Assembly (NCBI GenBank): GCA_019057385.1
Contig: JAHQJS010000006.1
Coordinates: 160,001 to 224,000, forward strand
Length of the DNA stretch: 64,000 nt
Direction of reading: 5' to 3'
Source: Candidatus Borrarchaeum weybense
GTDB lineage: Archaea > Asgardarchaeota > Sifarchaeia > Borrarchaeales > Borrarchaeaceae
Positions 56,270 through 64,000 of the stretch are shown in pieces. Made by a program: the position numbers and the translations under genes. Each line of letters starts with the position of its first letter. Position 1 is the first letter of the stretch. Under the pieces are notes generated by a model that had not been told where the DNA came from, did not search any database, and saw only the letters and a list, made by a program, of their open reading frames with translations.

Positions 56270-56962
56270 TCACATTTGTTGACTAACTTTCAGGACAATT
56301 TTTTCATTCAAACTTTTTTGAACAAGAGCGTCTATATCTATCATAGCTTCGATCTCTAAAATCTTCTCAAGACGTCCTCTCGTTACAGGTTTTTTTGGAG
56401 GTAAAGTACAAGGAGCCGATTGGCGAGCAGCAATATCATAGGTACCAATTTCCTTAGCTTTATCTACTACCTCTTGTTTATCCCATGCAATTAATGGTCG
56501 AAATATAACACAACTTTTGATTGCCTGATGAAGGATTACCAAATTATCTAACGTTTGACTGGCCTGTTCACCTATTATCTCACCTGTTGCGATCGCACAC
56601 CCACCTTCAATCCTTGCGATCTTTTCTGCAATTCGGTACATCATTCTTTTACAGAAAATGCATGTATATTTTGCAGAAGTCTTCAAGGAGTTTTTCAAAA
56701 AAATATTCATAGTAAAACCTTGAGGGACTATGTACAGTTTTGCTTCTTTGTCTGGAATGATGAATTCGGTTAGTTTTCTTGCAATGCCAATAGTATTCTG
56801 TCTTGTTGATTCCCCAGTATATGGACTATTATCAAGATACAGAAAAATTGGTGTAAATCCTTTTTTAATTAGTGTATAGCACGCTACTGGGCTATCCAGT
56901 CCACCAGAAAGCAAACAGATAACATTCTTTGCATTAAACAGGTCAATATCTAGTTCTGTCAA
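56270..56962 (-). CDS. ThiI-like PP-loop sulfurtransferase, catalytic domain only
   Basis: SGGLDS, CIFCKR.M, TGE.IG.QASQTL, RPLI..DK, C.L.P..P. TTG start after GAGGAG. No THUMP domain. Confidence 0.82.
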   Translation of the reverse strand: MTELDIDLFNAKNVICLLSGGLDSPVACYTLIKKGFTPIFLYLDNSPYTGESTRQNTIGIARKLTEFIIPDKEAKLYIVPQGFTMNIFLKNSLKTSAKYTCIFCKRMMYRIAEKIARIEGGCAIATGEIIGEQASQTLDNLVILHQAIKSCVIFRPLIAWDKQEVVDKAKEIGTYDIAARQSAPCTLPPKKPVTRGRLEKILEIEAMIDIDALVQKSLNEKIVLKVSQQM

Positions 56963-57235
56963 GGAATTCTCCTCTTGGCTTAATAAGCATCTCTCCGTGT
57001 CTTTCTAAAACAATGCTGAGTTTTAATATCATTCTTACTGAGATATATACCAAAGAGAAAATTGTAATAATAAATAAAGTGATAGAGACTCCTGTCATCT
57101 CCCATCATACTTAAAAACACTTCGTGAGTTTTAAGGCTAAAGATTAGATTATAACTCTTGTTTCAGCAAAATAATAATGTTTTGATAGATCACTTATATC
57201 CTTAAAGACGTTGTATTTTCAAGGCGGATATTTTC

Positions 57236-58306
57236 ATGCGAAAGTACTTAAAAAGATTAACGCTTCTTATTGGTGGATTAGTTCTTTTTATAATAAGTTT
57301 TTGGTATATTGGCCTTTCTGAAGTCTTTAGTGAACTTTTAAAGGCAGATCCTCTTCTCTTATTTATTGCATATGTACTATTCTTCATTATGATGGGGATT
57401 CGAACCATTAGATGGAAAATGCTTCTAAGACATCTAAATATTTCGGTCGGATACAAAGAGGTACTTGGAACGTTATTAAGTTCCTACTATGTACATGCCG
57501 TCTCCCCTAGGGCACTTGGAGAGATGTATAGAGCATATATGATTTCTAAAATTGATCTAAATGTATCCAAAACCTCCTCTCTTGGAAACACTTTTGCAAC
57601 AGTAGTAATAGAAAAAGTTTTTGATGTCCTTCTTGTCATTGTAACAGGAGTAATTGGACTTATTTGGTTGCTTCTTTATTCAACAGGCGATCTTACGACT
57701 ATCATCCTCTTTTTTGGCTTAGCTATTCTTATTGCGTGTTTGATAATTGGCGCATGTTTTAATAAAGGCATTTTCTTGAAAATCTCGAATTTTTTACAGG
57801 CCATCCTGGGTATTTGGCCAAAAAAACTAGGAAGAGAAAGATTGCAGCACTTTGTTCAAGTCAATTTAGACAGGTTTTCTACGTCACTTGAGGTTTTAAG
57901 AGGTGACAGAACAATTTTGATTAGGACGATCTTAATCTCTACTGTCATTTGGCTGATTGAAGTATTAAAATTAAGCTTTATCTTTTTAGCTCTTGAAATC
58001 CCTCTTTCTTATTTTGAAACTGGGTATATTTATTCAATTTCTGCGATTATAGGCTTTGTTAGTATGATACCTGGGGGCATAGGGTCTCAAGAAATAGCAT
58101 TTATATTACTTTGTAGTCTAAGAGGAGTTTCAACAGAATCATCAGGCGCTGCAGTTTTACTATATCGCTCAATTTTTCTCATTGGTAATGTTATAGTTGG
58201 TGGAATAGCCTTCTTTTTAATTGGCTCAAGAGTGCCAATAAAATCTACGATAGAAAGCAAATTCGATGAAAACGCAACTGAATCAAACCAAACTATTAAA
58301 CCTTAA
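57236..58306 (+). CDS. Lysylphosphatidylglycerol-synthase TM / flippase-like protein (UPF0104)
   Basis: R..RW, P...GE..R, EK.FD, PGG.G..E, YR. Confidence 0.85.
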   Translation: MRKYLKRLTLLIGGLVLFIISFWYIGLSEVFSELLKADPLLLFIAYVLFFIMMGIRTIRWKMLLRHLNISVGYKEVLGTLLSSYYVHAVSPRALGEMYRAYMISKIDLNVSKTSSLGNTFATVVIEKVFDVLLVIVTGVIGLIWLLLYSTGDLTTIILFFGLAILIACLIIGACFNKGIFLKISNFLQAILGIWPKKLGRERLQHFVQVNLDRFSTSLEVLRGDRTILIRTILISTVIWLIEVLKLSFIFLALEIPLSYFETGYIYSISAIIGFVSMIPGGIGSQEIAFILLCSLRGVSTESSGAAVLLYRSIFLIGNVIVGGIAFFLIGSRVPIKSTIESKFDENATESNQTIKP

Positions 58307-58621
58307 CTATGTACGCTTCCTCTCTTAGAATGGTATAGATGGTATAATCTTAAACTGTATTAGTATTTGTGGAATGTTCACTGTTATTTTTCTGCTAACA
58401 ATGGCCATAGTCTTCCTTTTAAAAAAAGATCGTTTTAAATGACTTAATCCAAATTATCCCAAGGATTTTTCGGCGATAAAGTTAAAAACGCTGTTTGGAT
58501 TGAATTCCCAAATACTTAACAGGATTATAGTTATCTAGAATTTAGAAACGCCGAAATATAAGACGATCTCTCCAACTAAAGAGGGATAAGATACTAAGAT
58601 CTTAAAAATCTGTTATGTCAT

Positions 58622-59671
58622 GTGGAGTTGGTGAACACTTTGCTATTTATCCTAATTTATATCATGATTATAATAGCAGTGTTTTTGGTCGTTTTAATCC
58701 CAAAATCAAGAAAGACATGGGGGTATTTTCTCTTTTGGATAATTATTTTTCTGATAGTCGTTTTCCCGAATTTATTTCAAAGTATTTTACGTCTATTATA
58801 CTTAGAAGGTTTGCTGAGGCTAAATTTAGCAACAGAGACTATTTTGTTCTTAGTAATAATGTTTCTTCTCTTCATATATATCGCAAGTATTAATACTCAA
58901 GTTACACAATTAAGAAAAGGAATTTTATCTCTTTTAAGGAAAGAAACAGTTTCAAAAAAGATTTCAATTATTATGCCTGCATATAACGAAGCTGAAAACC
59001 TTGAAGATCTCATACCTGTCTTAGCAAAGAATGCCCCGCAACAATATGAATTTGTTTTGGTTGATGATGGAAGTATTGATAATACGAGTGAAATCTGTGA
59101 GAAATTTGCTAATATGTATGACTGTGTCAAATTCATTCGTCATCCTGAAAATCGTGGAAAAACCAAAGCTTTTGAAACTGGTGTCTTTAATTCGGAAGGT
59201 GATATTTTAGTTCTTTTAGAAACAGATTGGCAATATGAGCCAAACGATATTGAACCTCTTGTAACACCGATTGAGAAGGGATATGATATTGTAAATGGTT
59301 GGAGGATTTTAAGGGCTGATAAACTATATCGTATTATTATGTCAAAAACCTATAACTTACTTCAAAGACAAATGCTCAACACACCATTTCGAGATCATAA
59401 CTCAGGGTTTAAAGCGTTCAAACGTGAGACTATAGAATCACTGTTCAAACTCTTACCTAATTTGGAATTGATTGGGCCTCATCGATTTCTCCTCGCAATT
59501 GCAAATATTAATAACTATAGAATAACAGAAGTACCAATTCATCATTATCCTCGAAAAAAGGGTAAGTCGTACATAAGAGTTGATAAGACCCCATTTATAG
59601 TGATTCGTGATATGTTAAAATTACGTTTTTTGCTGAGTTATAAAAGAAAAAAACTACAGATAAGAACTTGA
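58622..59671 (+). CDS. GT2 glycosyltransferase with an N-terminal 3-TM (DUF2304-like) domain
   Basis: Three TM helices, then MPAYNE, VDDGS.D.T, N.GK..A, D.NSGFK.F, H.PR..GKS. Confidence 0.85.
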   Translation: MELVNTLLFILIYIMIIIAVFLVVLIPKSRKTWGYFLFWIIIFLIVVFPNLFQSILRLLYLEGLLRLNLATETILFLVIMFLLFIYIASINTQVTQLRKGILSLLRKETVSKKISIIMPAYNEAENLEDLIPVLAKNAPQQYEFVLVDDGSIDNTSEICEKFANMYDCVKFIRHPENRGKTKAFETGVFNSEGDILVLLETDWQYEPNDIEPLVTPIEKGYDIVNGWRILRADKLYRIIMSKTYNLLQRQMLNTPFRDHNSGFKAFKRETIESLFKLLPNLELIGPHRFLLAIANINNYRITEVPIHHYPRKKGKSYIRVDKTPFIVIRDMLKLRFLLSYKRKKLQIRT

Positions 59672-59697
59672 ATTCTTAAAGCGGAAGAGGAAAAGCA

Positions 59698-60780
59698 TTG
59701 ACTACTTCACAGAAGCAACCGGCTTCTCAATCCAACCTAAAACGCTTAGAATTCTTGCTGGGTAACTTAAAGCAATATTTAATATCACACAAATCATCAT
59801 TTTTATTATATTGTACTTTAGGTTTGATTTTTGCATTCGCAATTTACATCAGAATTAATGGACTTGGTTATTATCAGAGAGCGTCTGATAGTTTTATGCT
59901 CTATACCTTTTCAAACGAAATTTTTAACGGCCAAAATCCATATCTTAGAATTTTATCATCAGACATGATTAGAAATCGTAAATATCCCACTTATCCTCCA
60001 CTTTACTACTACTTAGGTGTAATACCTTTATACTTTGGATATTCTAGTTATCCAGCATGGATTGTATTCACAAAACTTGTCTTTTTGATACCCACAGATT
60101 TTGGCATTGCAGTCCTGATATTTATTATTTTGAAAAATCGGACAGATATTAACCCATGGTATAGCGTTTTTTCTGTTTTTGTCTGGTTTTTCAATAGACC
60201 GAATCTTTCTATATATTTTTATGCTCTAATTGATTCTTTTACTATCTTTTTTGTCCTTTTGAGTCTATATTTCTTTACTTACCGACCTAATTTCTCCTAT
60301 TTTTTGCTTGGAGTTGCAATAGCTATTAAACTCTTCCCTATTTTTTTGCTCCCACTCTATTTAATTACACACCGCAAAAAAAACATTTACACTTTGTTGG
60401 CGTATTTGTTCTATGCATTAATATGTGTCATTCTTGTTTCATTACCCTATTTGATTTGGAATATAGAGGCATATTATAGATCTTTATTATTTTCAGCAAC
60501 AAGAGCTGAATCTAGATTCTCAACAGCTACTTTAACGATGGCACCGTGGATCGAAAAATACACTTTTTTAAGTCGACTTCCCATGTTGTTTGCATACTTT
60601 TTAGTTTATTACATTCATTGGAAGAAACAATTTGATATTTATCTATTCTCAGCAATAAGTTTTTTGATCTGGCCTCTAATAAATCCAGTTGTATTCAATC
60701 AATATTTTGTGTGGTTCGTCCCTTTTGCTTTAATCTCGTTTGGAATTCATCTCGACATGATTATATCTAAGCACTCTTGA
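59698..60780 (+). CDS. GT-C mannosyltransferase-like protein (GT87/PIG-M-like)
   Basis: NPY, YPPL, D, G.AIAIK.FP, N.V..QYFVW, multiple TM helices. Confidence 0.72.
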   Translation: MTTSQKQPASQSNLKRLEFLLGNLKQYLISHKSSFLLYCTLGLIFAFAIYIRINGLGYYQRASDSFMLYTFSNEIFNGQNPYLRILSSDMIRNRKYPTYPPLYYYLGVIPLYFGYSSYPAWIVFTKLVFLIPTDFGIAVLIFIILKNRTDINPWYSVFSVFVWFFNRPNLSIYFYALIDSFTIFFVLLSLYFFTYRPNFSYFLLGVAIAIKLFPIFLLPLYLITHRKKNIYTLLAYLFYALICVILVSLPYLIWNIEAYYRSLLFSATRAESRFSTATLTMAPWIEKYTFLSRLPMLFAYFLVYYIHWKKQFDIYLFSAISFLIWPLINPVVFNQYFVWFVPFALISFGIHLDMIISKHS

Positions 60781-60940
60781 GAAACATTCTCCGGCTAAAA
60801 ATTTCCACAAAAGTATTATTATTAATTGGAATTATTCTATTTCGTTAGTACTTATTTTAGCATTTATAGAGTTTAGTTTAGACTATCAGCGTTTCATAGA
60901 AACACATACAAATGCTTATATGCAAAATATAATTGTGAAT

Positions 60941-62335
60941 TCAATTCCTTTTTGCATGAAGACGTCTAACTACTGTTGGAACTATGCATATAAGAATTAA
61001 AACAATTGGGAATAGTATTGTAAGTGGAGAAATAAAGAAAAGACGACTATCTATTCCTCCACCATTTAGTAAATACATAAGGTTATGCAAAAGAGGATTT
61101 TCTATTCCTTGATCTACATGATAATCTGCTAGTACCCCCATAGCATTCGCAAAGATACTGTAGCCCATGAGAATGAAAAAGAGTACAAAAAACCGTCTTT
61201 GGTCTTTATATTTTTCGATTACCTGAAATAATGGCAATGTAAAAACGGGGATTACATTTAGTAAATATCGAGGTCCATAGCATGCTCCTCCATGCCAATG
61301 AATAAACACAGAATAAAACAAATTGATAATTATAAATGACGAGAGAAAGAGAACTGTTTCTGGTTTATATTTTTTATAAAGAGAGAAAAATCCAAAGGGG
61401 GACAGTAATAAAATCGGAGAAAGATAGAATAAGCCACGATAAGGGCTAAATAGTAGCCCATAGAGGCCAATATGAACTGGATTTGAAAAGGTACTTATGC
61501 CCTGCATATTTCCTTCGGACGTATGAGAAATATAAGGGGTAATAAAAGGACTTTCAAAGCAAACATAATGATATATGCCCAAAATCATAAGAAAGAGGGC
61601 TACTGGAACACTAAAATAGATTATTTCTTTTTTAGTATTGTAGAATATAAAATAAAATAAAAATGGAACTAAGAGAAGGAGGTTTGGATATTCTACAAGA
61701 AATGAATAGCCCATAGCAACTCCTGAAAGAAAAATGAATGTTTTTTTGTTTTCTTGAATGAATAAGCGTGCACAATATATCGAAAGTAAAATTAGAAACG
61801 CAGAAAATCCATGTGCAAAGAAGGTTTTTGAATATACCCATGTAATTGTGCCAAAGGCATAAGTGAGTGCCGTGAGGAGCTTCGAAGTCTTGTTACCGCC
61901 TAGAAATCCTGATATTTCATATACTAAAATAACCGATAGAGCTGAAACGATAGCAATAAGAGAAATGAGCAGATATCGAATCCGCCACCACTCAATTAGA
62001 AATTTTGCAGTGAAATAAATAGGTACTCCTACAAATGAAAGACCAGGAGGCTTGTCCGAATAATAATGTCCGTTATAATAACTGACATCACGCCAATCCT
62101 TAACATAGCCGTCGATAACGAATGTCTGTTCTTCTACTATCGCTTGTATTAGCGAATGTCGACTCCACTCGTTTGCTGAATGAAAACCACTGATGAAATA
62201 CAAATATATTCCCAACACTACAATGAAGAGTTTAACACGTGTGGAATTAAGCCTTTTAAGAATTTGTTTTGCAAAGACAAGTCGCTTATTCCACTTACCC
62301 ATACGCTCACCAATTCTGAACGTACTTGATAGCAT
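60941..62335 (-). CDS. GT-C (ArnT/PMT-like) polytopic glycosyltransferase
   Basis: YSDKPPG.S, P.RGLF..SP, W.GG...GPRYL, about 11 TM helices. The real start may be the second Met. Confidence 0.75.
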   Translation of the reverse strand: MLSSTFRIGERMGKWNKRLVFAKQILKRLNSTRVKLFIVVLGIYLYFISGFHSANEWSRHSLIQAIVEEQTFVIDGYVKDWRDVSYYNGHYYSDKPPGLSFVGVPIYFTAKFLIEWWRIRYLLISLIAIVSALSVILVYEISGFLGGNKTSKLLTALTYAFGTITWVYSKTFFAHGFSAFLILLSIYCARLFIQENKKTFIFLSGVAMGYSFLVEYPNLLLLVPFLFYFIFYNTKKEIIYFSVPVALFLMILGIYHYVCFESPFITPYISHTSEGNMQGISTFSNPVHIGLYGLLFSPYRGLFYLSPILLLSPFGFFSLYKKYKPETVLFLSSFIIINLFYSVFIHWHGGACYGPRYLLNVIPVFTLPLFQVIEKYKDQRRFFVLFFILMGYSIFANAMGVLADYHVDQGIENPLLHNLMYLLNGGGIDSRLFFISPLTILFPIVLILICIVPTVVRRLHAKRN

Positions 62336-62559
62336 AGCAGTCTTTTTTTATATTTTGTAAACCTTCAAAATAGTTGCTAACCTTTCGAAGGATTTAGATC
62401 AAAAAGTTCTTTGATCTTTATTCTACGTTAATAAATCAACTAATAAACTGCCAGTTATGAAAGGGATGGTTAAATTGACCTCTGAACATGTTTCATTTGA
62501 ATTGTATTGATAAATTACTTACGGAAATATATGATATAGAAGGAAACCAAGTATTTAGA

Positions 62560-62700
62560 ATTGTATGAATATCCAGATAGTTAATTATCGTTGGAACTAT
62601 ACTTATAAGAATTACAATAATCAGGAACAATATCGTAAGTGGTGACACAACAAAATAAAGAAGGCCGTAAAGGAATAACCCATAGAATGCGAAATATATA
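62560..62700 (-). pseudogene. Decayed paralogous fragment of the 3' end of the adjacent GT-C gene
   Basis: 62590-62645 matches 60975-61030 at 46/56 nt and translates SPLTILFLIIVILISIVPT versus SPLTILFPIVLILICIVPT. The frame is closed upstream. Confidence 0.6.
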
Positions 62701-62859
62701 TATGAAAATCACGGCCGAACGGATATCTAACATAACGGAGTTTAAATGGAGTTCATCAAGAAGGTAGAAATTGAGAAGTATAAGAAAATGCACGATCATA
62801 ATTGCTTCGTTTTCTTCTGTTTTATGCTTCATACCCACTGCAACAATACTTTAACTTAA

Positions 62860-63696
62860 ATGATGAGGTTGCCATTATTGGACAAAAGAATGATCCTTCT
62901 TCAGACGAGAACTAAAAAAAGCTGTATAAGATGTGGAAAGTGTTGCCAAATTGGATTGATATTGACTCATAAAGATGTCAGACATATCGCTGAGTTTCTC
63001 GAAACGATACCTTATGATACTTGGAAACAATTTGCATTTGATTGTTGGACTGCGTTTCGACCACATCTCTTCAATGTACCTGATATAGAAAAGAAAGTTG
63101 AGGAATTCATAGAAATCGTTAAAACTAAATTTCATGCGATTTCAATATATCAACTCTCTGAAACTGATCAAAACCTTGTATTTGGGCTTGATCATTCGTT
63201 ATCTGCAGCGTATAAAACGATTTGTAGATTTTTTAATCCTATAACAAGCGATTGTCTTGTTTATTCGGTGCGTCCAGACATTTGTAGGTTATATCCCTAT
63301 CTAGTTCACTATAGCGATCAAAAAAAGGAGATAATGATTTCTATAGATAAAGGATGTCCTGGAGAGGGTATACCTATGACTAAAGAATTCCAAAAAGAAT
63401 TGTTTAAACTAGCCTACCAACGAGTTCAACGAATGCGCCTATATTATGCAAAATTGTACAAATTTGTCAGTGAAAACTATCCCATGGAAAAAAACCTTCT
63501 AAAAGCAACCTTAGACGCTCTTCATGGTTTTGAAAAAGTTTCAGAACGGGTTGCACAAAAAGCTGTAGAAAGATTAATCACAGCTTTTCGAGAAGGGAGA
63601 CACATCGGTTCAGATGATCTCTATGAAAAGATTAGTTGCAAAAAAATGAAGATAATAGATCTTTTTAATGAAACCTATGGCTCTCACCTTCCTTAG
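62860..63696 (+). CDS. YkgJ/CxxCxxCC-family cysteine-cluster protein
   Basis: CIRCGKCC, C.F......C.VY..RP..CR.YP, CPG. Confidence 0.85.
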   Translation: MMRLPLLDKRMILLQTRTKKSCIRCGKCCQIGLILTHKDVRHIAEFLETIPYDTWKQFAFDCWTAFRPHLFNVPDIEKKVEEFIEIVKTKFHAISIYQLSETDQNLVFGLDHSLSAAYKTICRFFNPITSDCLVYSVRPDICRLYPYLVHYSDQKKEIMISIDKGCPGEGIPMTKEFQKELFKLAYQRVQRMRLYYAKLYKFVSENYPMEKNLLKATLDALHGFEKVSERVAQKAVERLITAFREGRHIGSDDLYEKISCKKMKIIDLFNETYGSHLP

Positions 63697-63807
63697 AAAC
63701 TGAGATGTTGCTTCTTAGCTGTGGATATGTCACATACAAAAGCTAATTAAAAAAATTTAAATTAGATATGTATTTGCTGAATACAACTCAAAATTGGAGG
63801 ACTAATT

Positions 63808-64000
63808 TTGTCAAAAAGACCTTTACCCGCATCACGCGCAACGAAGCCATTACTTCTCGTTTCTAAGAAAAAAGGCGACACAACACACGTAAAAAAAGAT
63901 GAAGCTAGAAGAAATAATATCATGGTCGCCAAATTAATTAGTGAATCTCTGCGTACAACCCTAGGGCCCAGAGGCCGAGATAAACTGATAATAGGTGTGC
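63808..64000 (+). CDS. Thermosome/group II chaperonin subunit, 3'-partial
   Basis: GGAGG SD and TTG start. Translates ...EARRNNIMVAKLISESLRTTLGPRGRDKLII. Not in the ORF track. Confidence 0.88.
   Translation, partial: MSKRPLPASRATKPLLLVSKKKGDTTHVKKDEARRNNIMVAKLISESLRTTLGPRGRDKLIIGV

Noticed and set aside
58439-58504. AUGA plus stem, SECIS-like
   Set aside because: Wrong core register, a loop of about 40 nt, and no UGA-containing gene nearby.
62581-62838. 85-aa ORF as a real gene
   Set aside because: The homology signal lies in a different frame (the GT-C relic).
1-64000. CRISPR arrays, tRNA/rRNA genes, prophage or intact transposases; other short ORFs overlapping called genes
   Set aside because: None was recognised by eye. 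The short ORFs are antisense or alternate-frame shadows. tRNAscan-SE and Infernal would be needed to exclude small RNAs.

Overview
AT-rich archaeal chromosomal window, most consistent with an Asgard archaeon. That assignment is inferred from UGA-selenocysteine use, Wood-Ljungdahl genes, a tubulin-like GTPase and a V4R protein. From left to right it holds: (1) a translationally coupled operon of a large helical/coiled-coil protein, a divergent tubulin with eukaryote-like H11/H12 C-terminal helices, and an orphan helical protein; (2) housekeeping and envelope genes; (3) a winged-helix DNA-binding domain fused to HdrA-MvhD, encoded in line with mvhG and a divergent group 3c [NiFe] large subunit, which may be an H2/redox-sensing regulator; (4) fwdBD, divergent from a fwdG-fwdF-hdrA-mvhD-fdhB-like-hdrD-hdrA'-fwdA cluster. 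In that cluster hdrA and mvhD each carry two in-frame UGA codons at conserved Cys positions (selenoproteins that the ORF track splits), with one candidate SECIS downstream; (5) cdhCDE; (6) a lipid-linked glycosylation island; (7) two tiny non-autonomous IS200/IS605-type remnants; (8) the start of a thermosome gene at the right edge. All calls come from motif recognition by eye; no searches were run.
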